This document shows positions 37,250 through 47,907 of a stretch of DNA of 64,000 nucleotides, piece after piece. The stretch is taken from NCBI GenBank assembly GCA_039714555.1, contig JBDLJB010000009.1, forward strand, positions 17,379-81,378, read 5' to 3'. The notes under the pieces were generated by a model. That model did not search any database. It was given only the letters and a program-made list of their open reading frames with translations, and was not told the origin of the DNA. Positions within the stretch are counted from its first letter, which is position 1, and every line of letters starts with the position of its first letter. The DNA is from Bacteroidota bacterium. Its GTDB lineage: Bacteria; Bacteroidota; Bacteroidia; Flavobacteriales; Flavobacteriaceae. The position numbers and the translations under genes were made by a program.

Positions 37250-40200
37250 ATGGGAAAAAATTTAGTATTTTCTTTTCTTGTGATTATCTTTAGTGTTACT
37301 TTTTCATTTGCGCAGCAAGTTGCAGTTAATGGTAATGTTAAAGATGTTTCCGGGCAAGGTTTGCCGGGTGTAAACATTCAAGTTAAAGGGACAAGTCAAG
37401 GAACAGCAACCGATTTTGATGGAAATTATGAGATTTCTGCAGCAACCGGTTATGTATTAGTATTTTCATTTGTAGGTTTTACTACAAAAGAGGTAACTGT
37501 AAGTAGTTCAACTACAATAAATGTTACTTTAGAAGAAGATTCTGAAAGTTTAGATGAAGTTGTGGTTACAGCTTTGGGAATTAAAAGAGAGGCAAAAGCC
37601 TTGGGTTATTCATTGACCGAAGTTGATGGTGATGAAATGAATCAGGTAAAAACCTCCAGTGCAATGAATGCCTTACAGGGTAGAGTTGCCGGTGTCAACG
37701 TTTCAACTAACAGTTCAGGAGCTTCTGGTTCCAGTAGGGTTATTATTCGTGGTGCCAGCTCATTAACAGGAAATAACCAACCACTTTATGTAGTTGATGG
37801 TATTCCTATTATTAATCAAACTAAAGGATCTGCTGTGGGACCATTTGGTGGTGAACATGGTGATGGTGGAGATGATATTTCTTCTATTAACCCTGATGAT
37901 ATTGAATCAGTATCAGTTTTAAAAGGTAGTTCAGCAGCAGCACTTTATGGCTCTCTGGCTTCTAATGGTGTTATTATGATCACAACTAAATCTGGTAAGT
38001 ATCAACAAAATTTGGGTATTGATTTTTCAAGTTCCTTTACTTTTGATAAAGTGAATACCAGTTTACAAAATTTTCAAACTACATACGGACAAGGTAATAA
38101 TAGATTAAAACCTGGTTTTGAATATGATGAAGGTGGTAATCCAGTTGAAATATTTGATGTAGCAGCAGCTATTGATGATTCATATACAAGTTCTTTACAG
38201 TCTTGGGGAGCACCATTTGACGGTTCACTTGTTTATAATTGGGATGGCGTTAAAAGACCATATTCCTACACAGGTAATAATTTGGAGAAATTTTATAATA
38301 CAGGAACAACTTCAGTAAATTCAATTGCATTGACAAAAGGAGGAGAGGATTATAATTATCGTTTTTCTTTTTCAAATTTTGATAATGATGATATTTTTCC
38401 AAATACTACTTTGAATAGAAAATCATTTTCTTTGAATGCAATGGCTAACATTAACCCTAAATTAACTTCTACGGTTAATGCAAAGTATATCATTGAGCAA
38501 GTACATAATCGTATTACAATTGGTGATACACCAGGTAATGCAAATACTGTTGCTTTTGTTTTACCTAGTAGTTTGGATATTAATGATTTAAAACCTGGTT
38601 CTAATGAAGATGGAACAGAACTTAGATTTCAACCAAGTCAGTTTATTTCAAATCCTTATTGGGCAGTAAATGATTTTAATAATGATGATAAAAAAAATAG
38701 GATAATAGCATCAACAACTTTAAGATATGATTTTAATGATTGGTTGTATCTAACAGGTAGAGCCGGTATAGATTCTTATGATTTGGGTAGAAGAAGAGTA
38801 ACACCTTTTGGAACTGCTTATCGCCCTGCAGGAGAATTATATCAAGAGAAATCAACTAGTTCATTATTTGATGCTGATATCATGTTAGGAGTTAATAAAG
38901 AAATAACGGATAGATTATCTACAAATTCTATTATTGGTGCAAATACCAGGAAAGCTACTTTTGAATCATTAAGAGCTTCGGGAAGAGGCTTTATAGTTAT
39001 TGGATTAGAAGATTTAAATAATACAACATTGCCAGAACCTACAAATATTTTTTCTGAATTTAAAACCAACTCTGTTTATGGGTCATTTGAGGTAGATTAC
39101 GGTAAGTTTGCCTATTTAACATTTACAGGAAGAAATGATTGGTTTACAACTCTTTCTTACCCGGGCAAGGAAACTCCAAACAATGATTTTTATTGGTCAT
39201 TAAGTGGTAGTTTATTGTTAAATGAAACATTTGATATGGGTACTGAAATTAATTATCTTAAAATTAGGTCAAGTTATGCACAAGTTGCCGGTGGAGCTAG
39301 AAAACCTTATGCATTAAATTTAGACTATGCCATTACAGGTTCATTTCAAGGTCAATCATTCGGTCAATTAAATGGTAATTCAATACCTAATCCAAATTTA
39401 GTGCCATTTGAAAAAAATGAATTTGAAATTGGATTAGAAGGTAGATTTTTTACAAATCGTCTTAGATTTGATTTTGCATATTATACAAATCAAACTACTA
39501 ACGATATAGTTGAAGCTGCTGCATCTCAGTCATCAGGTTATACTTCATCTATTCTTAATATTGGTGAATTAGAGAATAAAGGGGTTGAATTTTTAATTGG
39601 TGGTTCTCCAATAAGAACCGATAATTTTTCATGGAACACTTCATTTAATGTAGGATATAATGATAGTAAAATTGTTCATACTGATGATGAAGATACTCCT
39701 ATTAATGTTGATGGTAGTTTATCTCGTTCTAAAAATGCTCTTATTTCACACATAGTAGGTGAACATTATGGAGTGATTTACGGTTCATCTTATAAAAGAG
39801 ATGAAAGTGGAAATATAGTGTATGACAATAGTGGTTCAATTCCTAAAGCTGTACAAGGTGAAAATAAAATATTAGGTGAAGGAGTTGCTCCTTTAACTCT
39901 AGGATTCTTTAATTCATTTATATTCAGAAATGTTTCATTAAATTTCTTAATTGATGCCAAATTTGGAGGAAGCGTACATTCAGGTACTAACAGGGAATTA
40001 ATGTTGAGAGGATTGCATAAAAAGACTCTAAGAGGTCGAGAAGGTGGTTTAGAAGTATCAGGAATTGATGATGCAACTGGACAACCATTTACTACAACTG
40101 TTGCTCCAGAAAATTTAAGAACTTATTACGGTTTAATTGCAGCAGAGAATTCAGGTATAGCAGAAGAATTTGTTTACAGTACAGATTTTGTTAAATTTAG

Positions 40201-40423
40201 AGAATTAAGTATAGGATACAACTTACCTGAGAATTTTTTAGATAATACTTTTATTAGTGAATTTAGAGTCTCATTAATAGGTAGAAACCTTTTCTATCTT
40301 ATGAAAGATATTGACAATGTTGATCCTGAAGCATCTTTAAATAATCTTAATTCACAAGGAATAGAAAGATTTGGAATCCCAGCAACAAAAAGCTATGGTT
40401 TCTCTTTAAACGTTAAATTTTAA
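37250..40423 (+). CDS. SusC/RagA family TonB-linked outer-membrane protein
   Basis: Signal peptide, carboxypeptidase-regulatory-like domain (GNVKDVSGQGLPGVNIQVKGTSQGTATDFDGNYEI), plug (DEVVVTALGIKRE) and C-terminal barrel ending ...LNVKF. Confidence 0.9.
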   Translation: MGKNLVFSFLVIIFSVTFSFAQQVAVNGNVKDVSGQGLPGVNIQVKGTSQGTATDFDGNYEISAATGYVLVFSFVGFTTKEVTVSSSTTINVTLEEDSESLDEVVVTALGIKREAKALGYSLTEVDGDEMNQVKTSSAMNALQGRVAGVNVSTNSSGASGSSRVIIRGASSLTGNNQPLYVVDGIPIINQTKGSAVGPFGGEHGDGGDDISSINPDDIESVSVLKGSSAAALYGSLASNGVIMITTKSGKYQQNLGIDFSSSFTFDKVNTSLQNFQTTYGQGNNRLKPGFEYDEGGNPVEIFDVAAAIDDSYTSSLQSWGAPFDGSLVYNWDGVKRPYSYTGNNLEKFYNTGTTSVNSIALTKGGEDYNYRFSFSNFDNDDIFPNTTLNRKSFSLNAMANINPKLTSTVNAKYIIEQVHNRITIGDTPGNANTVAFVLPSSLDINDLKPGSNEDGTELRFQPSQFISNPYWAVNDFNNDDKKNRIIASTTLRYDFNDWLYLTGRAGIDSYDLGRRRVTPFGTAYRPAGELYQEKSTSSLFDADIMLGVNKEITDRLSTNSIIGANTRKATFESLRASGRGFIVIGLEDLNNTTLPEPTNIFSEFKTNSVYGSFEVDYGKFAYLTFTGRNDWFTTLSYPGKETPNNDFYWSLSGSLLLNETFDMGTEINYLKIRSSYAQVAGGARKPYALNLDYAITGSFQGQSFGQLNGNSIPNPNLVPFEKNEFEIGLEGRFFTNRLRFDFAYYTNQTTNDIVEAAASQSSGYTSSILNIGELENKGVEFLIGGSPIRTDNFSWNTSFNVGYNDSKIVHTDDEDTPINVDGSLSRSKNALISHIVGEHYGVIYGSSYKRDESGNIVYDNSGSIPKAVQGENKILGEGVAPLTLGFFNSFIFRNVSLNFLIDAKFGGSVHSGTNRELMLRGLHKKTLRGREGGLEVSGIDDATGQPFTTTVAPENLRTYYGLIAAENSGIAEEFVYSTDFVKFRELSIGYNLPENFLDNTFISEFRVSLIGRNLFYLMKDIDNVDPEASLNNLNSQGIERFGIPATKSYGFSLNVKF

Positions 40424-40434
40424 AAATTAAAAAA

Positions 40435-41925
40435 ATGAAAAAATATATTTATATACTTCTATTAGTTTTAGCATTTGGTTCTTGCGATGATGGGTTTGAG
40501 GAAATGAATGTAAATCCTACAAAGCCAACAGCACTTGATCCAGCTAATAAATTGACATATATTCAGTTATACACTGGAGGAAGTAGTTATGTAGCATATT
40601 TATTTTGGAATATGATTCACTTAATGCCAAATGTACAACATCTTAATATTACACATTATGGGCCAATTTTTAATTATAAAGAAGGACATACACATTGGTT
40701 ATTTGAAGAGCAGTATAAATCAACAGTTAAAAATGTTGTTGATCTGGAGGCTCAATTAGAAAATAGTGAAGAACCGTCAGCTGCTGCTAATTTAGCAATA
40801 GCAAGAATTCAAAAGGTTTTAATTTTTAGTAGATTAACTGATGCTTATGGTGATATTCCTTATAGTGAAGCCGGTAAAGGTTTCTTAGAAGGAATTCGTT
40901 TCCCAAAATATGACAAGCAAAGTGATATTTATGCTGATATGTTAGCAACATTAGAAAGTTCTGCTTCAACTTTAAGTTCAAGTGGGGATAATTCTTATGG
41001 TTCTAATGATTTATATTTTGCTGGAGATAATGCAAAATGGCAAAAGTTTGCCAATTCTTTAATGCTTAGATTAGCCATGCGTATGGTAAATGTTGACCCG
41101 GCAGGTGCACAATCATGGGCAGCCAAAGCTATTAATGGTGGGGTAATGGAAAGTAATGACGATATTGCTTATACACAATACGAAGATAATCCTAATGATG
41201 GAGGACCTAATGTGAATCCACTTACTAAATGTTTTACTTCAAGAGCTACAAATCAAGTTAAAATTTCTAAAACTTTTATGGATTGGATGAAAGATAGAAC
41301 TGATCCTCGTGTTTCTGTATTGTGTTCAACAATAGATGGAAATACAGATTATGATTTACAAGAAGGTCAAGATATTAATGACCCTACTAGAGGAGATGCT
41401 AATTCTAAGCCAAATATTAATATTTTTGGAGGATCTGGTGTAATTGTTTATGATGCTCCTTTTTTCTTTCAAACATATGCTGAAGTTGAATTTATGCTGG
41501 CTGAAGCTGCACATCGTTGGGGATTAGGTAGCGGAAATGCTGAAGAACATTACAATGCTGGTGTTACTGCTGCAATGGAATATTTATCATTATATGGTCA
41601 TGGAGTAAATATTACAACAGATCAGATTAATGATTATTTAGCAGCAAATCCATTTGTTGAAGATGATGCATTAAAAATGATCAATGAGCAATATTGGGCT
41701 GCAACCTTTGGAAATGGTTTAGAAACTTATTCAAATTGGAAAAGATCAGGGTATCCTGAATTAGTACCTTTTGATATTGCAGAAACCCTAACTGGAGGTG
41801 AAATACCAAGAAGATTTGTATATCCTGGTTCTGAAAAATTAAATAATCCAGATAATGTTGCTGCTGCAATAGCTGAACAAGGTGGGGATGATTTATTGAC
41901 CAGAATGTGGTGGGACGTGAATTAA
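40435..41925 (+). CDS. SusD/RagB family nutrient-binding outer-membrane lipoprotein
   Basis: Lipobox LAFGSCDD. Starts 11 nt after the SusC-like gene. Helical TPR-like composition with C-terminal NWKRSGYPEL. Confidence 0.85.
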   Translation: MKKYIYILLLVLAFGSCDDGFEEMNVNPTKPTALDPANKLTYIQLYTGGSSYVAYLFWNMIHLMPNVQHLNITHYGPIFNYKEGHTHWLFEEQYKSTVKNVVDLEAQLENSEEPSAAANLAIARIQKVLIFSRLTDAYGDIPYSEAGKGFLEGIRFPKYDKQSDIYADMLATLESSASTLSSSGDNSYGSNDLYFAGDNAKWQKFANSLMLRLAMRMVNVDPAGAQSWAAKAINGGVMESNDDIAYTQYEDNPNDGGPNVNPLTKCFTSRATNQVKISKTFMDWMKDRTDPRVSVLCSTIDGNTDYDLQEGQDINDPTRGDANSKPNINIFGGSGVIVYDAPFFFQTYAEVEFMLAEAAHRWGLGSGNAEEHYNAGVTAAMEYLSLYGHGVNITTDQINDYLAANPFVEDDALKMINEQYWAATFGNGLETYSNWKRSGYPELVPFDIAETLTGGEIPRRFVYPGSEKLNNPDNVAAAIAEQGGDDLLTRMWWDVN

Positions 41926-41945
41926 TGAATAATTGTTTTTAAGTG

Positions 41946-41979
41946 AAAAACTGTCTTATTTATAAGGCAGTTTTTTTTT
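41946..41979 (+). terminator. rho-independent terminator after the SusD-like gene
   Basis: AAAAA-CTGTCTTAtttaTAAGGCAG-TTTTTTTTT, with one G-U pair in the stem. Confidence 0.65.
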
Positions 41980-42095
41980 AAATCTATTATCATAAATTTG
42001 TTATTAATGTTAAAATTAAATTGTTTTTAGATTTTTTCTTAACACAAAATTAAAAATATTGTAAAAAAAATAGATTAAATTTGCAAGCTTAATTT

Positions 42096-42109
42096 TGCAT
42101 AATTATGCA
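42096..42109. promoter_or_regulatory. perfect 14-bp palindrome TGCATAATTATGCA overlapping a TAATTTTG -7-like box
   Basis: Read directly. TAAATTTG (42076-42083) and TAATTTTG (42090-42097) both match TAnnTTTG. The palindrome starts inside the second box, 46 nt upstream of the nagB-like ATG. Confidence 0.45.
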
Positions 42110-42154
42110 TATTTTAAATTCATACTTTAACAAGCTATACAATAAACCATTCTT

Positions 42155-44065
42155 ATGAAATTTAATTTAAAACACACAGAAGCTGGAAAATTTGAAGAAA
42201 CCAGATTTGAGAAAATTCATAATGTTATTTTTAATAACTCAAATGAAGCTTCAATAAAAGTTGCTCATGAAATTGCCAATTTGATTAAAGATAAAGCAAA
42301 ACAAAATAAAAAATGTGTTTTGGGATTAGCAACGGGATCATCACCGATCAATGTTTACGAAGAATTGGTAAGAATGCACAAAGAGGAAGGGTTGAGCTTT
42401 AAAAATGTGATTTCGTTCAATTTGGATGAATATTATCCAATGGAAAAAGAAAATACGCAAAGTTATTGGTATTTTATGCATGAACATTTATTTAGCCATG
42501 TTGATATACTTTCCGAGAATATAAATATACCTGATGGATCTATAGCTCAAAATGAAGTTCACCAATATTGTATTGATTATGAATTAAAAATTCAAGAAGC
42601 CGGTGGTTTAGATTTTCAATTGTTAGGAATAGGTAGAACCGGTCATATTGGTTTTAACGAACCGGGTTCTCACTATAATTCAGGTACCAGAAATATAACT
42701 TTAGATCATATTACGAGAGTAGATGCCTCAAATGCTTTTTTGGGTATTGAAAATGTGCCCAGAGTAGCAATAACAATGGGTATTGGTACAATACGAAAAT
42801 CAAAACGAATCGTATTATTGGCTTGGGGTATCAATAAGGCATCTGTAATTAAAAAAACAATCGAGGGTGAAATATCATCAGAAGTTCCTGCTTCGTATTT
42901 ACAAAGACATGAAAATGTAACATTTGTTTTAGATGAGGGTGCTTCTGAAGAATTGACAAGAATTAAAACACCTTGGTTGGTAAAATCGTGTAAATGGTCT
43001 GAAGACCTTACCTTAAAAGCTTCTGTATGGCTGAGTAGTTTGGTTGATAAATCTATACTAAAACTAACCGATTCCGATTATAACAATAACGGAATGTCAA
43101 ATTTATTGATTGATCATGGATCAGCTTATAATTTGAACATCAAAATGTTTAATAAATTACAACACACCATTACGGGTTGGCCAGGAGGTAAACCGAATGC
43201 TGATGATACAAATCGTCCTGAGCGTAAAACACCCGCAAAAAAACGTATAATTATTTTTAGTCCACACCCTGATGATGATGTTATTTCAATGGGTGGTACT
43301 TTCGATCGTTTGGTTGAGCAAGGACATGATGTTCATATTGCTTATCAAACATCAGGAAATATTGCTGTTTCAGATACTGAAGCATTGAAATTTATTGAGG
43401 TTGCGCTGGAATTGAATAGTGATAATTCAAAATTTAAAAAAATTATCAATGACCTGAATAATAAAAAAGAATATGAGATTGATTCACTTGAAGTAAGGAA
43501 ACTTAAATCATTGATTAGACGTAAAGAATCAATTGCTGCAACACGTTATTTAGGTGTACCTGATAAAAATGTTCACTTTTTAGATTTACCTTTTTATGAA
43601 ACAGGAAGGATTAAAAAGGATAAATTAGGAGAAGAGGATATTAAAATAATGACTGGTTTAATTTCGGGAATCAAACCACATCAAATATATGCTGCTGGTG
43701 ATCTTGCAGATCCACATGGTACGCATAAAGTTAGTTTAGATGCTTTATTCACAGCTTTAGAACGATTAAAATCTAATACATATATGGATGATTGTTGGGT
43801 TTGGTTGTATAGAGGAGCATGGCATGAATGGGATACACATGAAATTGAAATGGCAGTTCCTATGAGTCCGGATCAGGTATTGAAAAAACGACAAGCAATT
43901 TTTTATCACCAATCACAAAAAGATGGCGTACTATTTCAGGGAGATGATTCAAGAGAGTTTTGGATGAGAGCAGAAGATAGAAATGCAACAACTGCTAAAA
44001 AATATAACGATTTAGGTTTAGCAGATTATGCTGCTCTTGAAGCTTTTAGACGCTATCATTTTTAA
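42155..44065 (+). CDS. nagB: long-form glucosamine-6-phosphate deaminase: NagB domain fused to a C-terminal LmbE/PIG-L-type deacetylase domain
   Basis: N-terminal motifs LGLATGSSP and GIGRTGHIGFNEPGS. C-terminal motifs IIIFSPHPDDDVISMGG and DPHGTHKV (LmbE zinc-site motifs). Confidence 0.85.
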   Translation: MKFNLKHTEAGKFEETRFEKIHNVIFNNSNEASIKVAHEIANLIKDKAKQNKKCVLGLATGSSPINVYEELVRMHKEEGLSFKNVISFNLDEYYPMEKENTQSYWYFMHEHLFSHVDILSENINIPDGSIAQNEVHQYCIDYELKIQEAGGLDFQLLGIGRTGHIGFNEPGSHYNSGTRNITLDHITRVDASNAFLGIENVPRVAITMGIGTIRKSKRIVLLAWGINKASVIKKTIEGEISSEVPASYLQRHENVTFVLDEGASEELTRIKTPWLVKSCKWSEDLTLKASVWLSSLVDKSILKLTDSDYNNNGMSNLLIDHGSAYNLNIKMFNKLQHTITGWPGGKPNADDTNRPERKTPAKKRIIIFSPHPDDDVISMGGTFDRLVEQGHDVHIAYQTSGNIAVSDTEALKFIEVALELNSDNSKFKKIINDLNNKKEYEIDSLEVRKLKSLIRRKESIAATRYLGVPDKNVHFLDLPFYETGRIKKDKLGEEDIKIMTGLISGIKPHQIYAAGDLADPHGTHKVSLDALFTALERLKSNTYMDDCWVWLYRGAWHEWDTHEIEMAVPMSPDQVLKKRQAIFYHQSQKDGVLFQGDDSREFWMRAEDRNATTAKKYNDLGLADYAALEAFRRYHF

Positions 44066-44255
44066 ATTTCTTTAGTTAACTGAAAATAAATTAAAATTGA
44101 TAAAGATCTATATTTTTTTATTGATGATAGTTGATATTTAGTTTATTATTGTTAGCTAAAACTCTTTTTTTAAATCGATTTTTATCAAATTGTTAATTCC
44201 GCAAACGTTTAAGTATAATTATGCTTTTAAATATTAAAATTAGCATTTTTATTGT

Positions 44256-44263
44256 TATTTTTG
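44256..44263 (+). promoter_or_regulatory. -7 promoter box TATTTTTG
   Basis: Exact TAnnTTTG, ending 20 nt upstream of the ATG at 44284. Confidence 0.4.
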
Positions 44264-44283
44264 TGTGAATTTAAAAAAAAAAT

Positions 44284-45270
44284 ATGAAGAAATTCATAAA
44301 AAAGATTGCTGTACTAACATCAGGTGGTGATGCACCGGGAATGAATGCAGCAATTAGAGCAGTAGTTAGAGCTGCCTCGTATTATAAATTAGAATCTGTT
44401 GGTGTTTATAGAGGATACCAAGGTTTGATTGAAGGTGATTTTGAAAGAATGACAGCCCGAGATGCACATCATATAATCGGAAAAGGAGGAACTGTATTAA
44501 AATCAGCTAGATCAAAAGAGTTTAGAACAATTGAAGGTAGAAAAAAAGCACATGAAAGTTTAATTAAAAATAATATTGATGCTTTGGTTATAATTGGTGG
44601 AGATGGCACATTTACCGGTGGAATGATCTTTAATAAGGAATATGATTTTCCAGTAATTGGCATACCGGGTACTATTGATAATGATATTTATGGTACTGAT
44701 TTTACCATTGGTTATGATACTGCACTTAATACTGCTGTTGAAGCAATAGATAAAATTAGAGATACCGCCAGTTCACATAACCGTTTATTTTTTGTTGAAG
44801 TTATGGGAAGGGATGCAGGATTTATTGCTTTAAATTCAGGAATTGGAGCTGGAGCAGAAGAAATTTTGATCCCTGAAGAAGATATGGGTCTTGATCGTTT
44901 GTTAATATCGCTGGAAAAAAGTCGCCGATCAGGAAAAACTTCAAGTTTGGTTATTGTAGCCGAAGGAGATAAAACAGGAAAAAATGTTTTTGAACTCGCT
45001 TCTTATGTTGAAGAAAATTTACCACAATATGATGTTAGAGTTTCAATATTAGGCCATATGCAACGAGGTGGTGCACCAAGTTGTTTTGATAGGGTGTTGG
45101 CAAGTAGAATGGGTGTTAAAGCTGTTGAATTACTGTTGGATAATAAAACAAATTTAATGGTAGGAATGATAAACAATAAGATGAAAGCTATTGATTTAGA
45201 ACTTGCTGTAAAAGAACATCATAAAATAAATGCTGAAATATTAAGAATATCTGATATAATGTCAGTATAA
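44284..45270 (+). CDS. pfkA: ATP-dependent 6-phosphofructokinase
   Basis: IAVLTSGGDAPGMNAAIR, IGGDGTFTG, GIPGTIDNDI, MGRDAGFIAL and GHMQRGG motifs. Confidence 0.95.
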   Translation: MKKFIKKIAVLTSGGDAPGMNAAIRAVVRAASYYKLESVGVYRGYQGLIEGDFERMTARDAHHIIGKGGTVLKSARSKEFRTIEGRKKAHESLIKNNIDALVIIGGDGTFTGGMIFNKEYDFPVIGIPGTIDNDIYGTDFTIGYDTALNTAVEAIDKIRDTASSHNRLFFVEVMGRDAGFIALNSGIGAGAEEILIPEEDMGLDRLLISLEKSRRSGKTSSLVIVAEGDKTGKNVFELASYVEENLPQYDVRVSILGHMQRGGAPSCFDRVLASRMGVKAVELLLDNKTNLMVGMINNKMKAIDLELAVKEHHKINAEILRISDIMSV

Positions 45271-45295
45271 AATTATAATAAATTAAATATATTAA

Positions 45296-46294
<999 letters not shown>

Positions 46295-46320
46295 AAATTG
46301 ATTAAAATATAGTATTGATG

Positions 46321-46350
46321 AACCCATAACATCTGTTATGGGTTTTTTAG
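46321..46350 (+). terminator. rho-independent terminator after gap
   Basis: AACCCATAAC-atct-GTTATGGGTT followed by TTTTagTTTT. A perfect 10-bp stem. Confidence 0.75.
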
Positions 46351-46379
46351 TTTTATTATCTTTACTAAAATTTTATTTT

Positions 46380-47006
46380 TTGGATTTAAATATTATCATT
46401 CCTTTTTTATCAGCTTCAATTTTACTCACATTAATGCCGGGTCCGGATATTATTTATGTCATCATGCAAAGTATTACAAACGGTAAAAAATATGGTATCG
46501 TTACAGCTTTGGGTTTGGTGAGTGGAATTTTGATTCACACTACACTTATTGCCTTCGGAATTGCTGCAATTATCAATCAATCAGAAGTTTTATTTTTTAT
46601 CATTAAACTATTGGGTGCATTTTATCTTTTTTATTTGGCTTTGGGAGTTTATAGAAGTACAAATTCTATGAATTTTGAAAATAATTCAATTCCGAAGAAA
46701 TCTTTAAAAGAATTATTCAAACAAGGGTTTATTATGAATGTTTTAAATCCGAAAGTAGCCATTTTCTTTTTAGCTTTCTTCCCTGGTTTTATAGTAGAAT
46801 CTAAGGGTAATATAACTCTTCAAATATATATTTTGGGGCTAATATTTATGATTCAGGCATTATTGATTTTTACAATAGTATCAGTTACATCGGCTAAATT
46901 AACTGGTTTTTTACGACAGAATAAGAAATTTGAAAAAATTATAAAATGGCTTCAAATATTTGTTTTTATTGCCATTGGGTTTTATATATTGTTTTCAGAA
47001 AAGTAA
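46380..47006 (+). CDS. LysE/RhtB family amino-acid exporter
   Basis: LTLMPGPD motif near the N-terminus and six TM helices. The track ATG (46338) lies inside the terminator stem, whereas a TTG at 46380 gives the usual ~19 residues before PGP. The start is uncertain (46338 or 46380). Confidence 0.7.
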   Translation: MDLNIIIPFLSASILLTLMPGPDIIYVIMQSITNGKKYGIVTALGLVSGILIHTTLIAFGIAAIINQSEVLFFIIKLLGAFYLFYLALGVYRSTNSMNFENNSIPKKSLKELFKQGFIMNVLNPKVAIFFLAFFPGFIVESKGNITLQIYILGLIFMIQALLIFTIVSVTSAKLTGFLRQNKKFEKIIKWLQIFVFIAIGFYILFSEK

Positions 47007-47043
47007 ATTTTTGTATTTATAAGATTTTGTATATTTGATATTG

Positions 47044-47901
47044 ATGGAAAAAGTTAAGATCATTGAATGTCCTCGTGATGCCATGCAAGGTATAAAAACT
47101 CATTTTATTCCTACCAGTTTAAAAGTAAGCTATATAAATGCATTGCTAAAAGTTGGTTTTGATACGGTTGATTTTGGTAGCTTTGTTTCTCCCAAGGCAA
47201 TTCCTCAAATGCGTGATACTGCTGAAGTATTATCACAATTAGATCTAAATACAACACAAAGTAAATTGTTGGCAATTGTTGCCAATATTAGAGGAGCAAA
47301 TGATGCAAGTACCTTTAAGGAGATTGATTATTTGGGTTATCCGTTTTCAATTTCAGAAATATTTCAAATGCGGAATACCAGTAAAACGATAGCTCAATCA
47401 TTAAATATCTTGGATGAAATTTTAAATATTGCAACGAAAACAAATAAAGAAGTTGTAGCTTATCTTTCTATGGGATTTGGAAACCCTTATGGTGATCCAT
47501 GGGATATAGATATTGTATCAAAATGGACAGATATTTTGGCAAAAATGGGTGTTAAGATCTTATCATTATCAGATACTATAGGAGTTGCAAGTGGAGAAAC
47601 AATTTCGTATTTATTTTCCAATTTAATTCCTCTTTATCCAAATATTGAATTTGGTGCACATTTGCATTCACATCCAGGTTTATGGCACGAAAAAGTTGAT
47701 GCTGCTTTTAATGCAGGTTGTTTGCGTTTTGACGGAGCAATTAAAGGTTTTGGAGGCTGTCCGATGGCAAAAGATGATTTAACAGGTAATATGCCAACTG
47801 AAAAACTGGTTTCATATTTTACTGCCAAAAAAGTTGACACAAATATCAATGCTTTAAGCTTTGAAAGTGCTTATAATGAAGCAATAAAAGTGTTTGGGTG
47901 A
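47044..47901 (+). CDS. hydroxymethylglutaryl-CoA lyase-like (HMGL family) protein
   Basis: IIECPRDAMQG, LSDTIGVA and GAHLHSHPG TIM-barrel metal-site motifs. The track start is TTG; the first ATG is at 47044. Confidence 0.75.
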   Translation: MEKVKIIECPRDAMQGIKTHFIPTSLKVSYINALLKVGFDTVDFGSFVSPKAIPQMRDTAEVLSQLDLNTTQSKLLAIVANIRGANDASTFKEIDYLGYPFSISEIFQMRNTSKTIAQSLNILDEILNIATKTNKEVVAYLSMGFGNPYGDPWDIDIVSKWTDILAKMGVKILSLSDTIGVASGETISYLFSNLIPLYPNIEFGAHLHSHPGLWHEKVDAAFNAGCLRFDGAIKGFGGCPMAKDDLTGNMPTEKLVSYFTAKKVDTNINALSFESAYNEAIKVFG

Positions 47902-47907
47902 TATTTA

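Noticed and set aside
44203-44210. AAACGTTT palindrome (within GCAAACGTTTAA) about 75 nt upstream of pfkA, reminiscent of Cra/LacI-family half-sites
   Set aside because: Only 8 bp are symmetric and the flanks break the palindrome. In AT-rich DNA this is within chance expectation.
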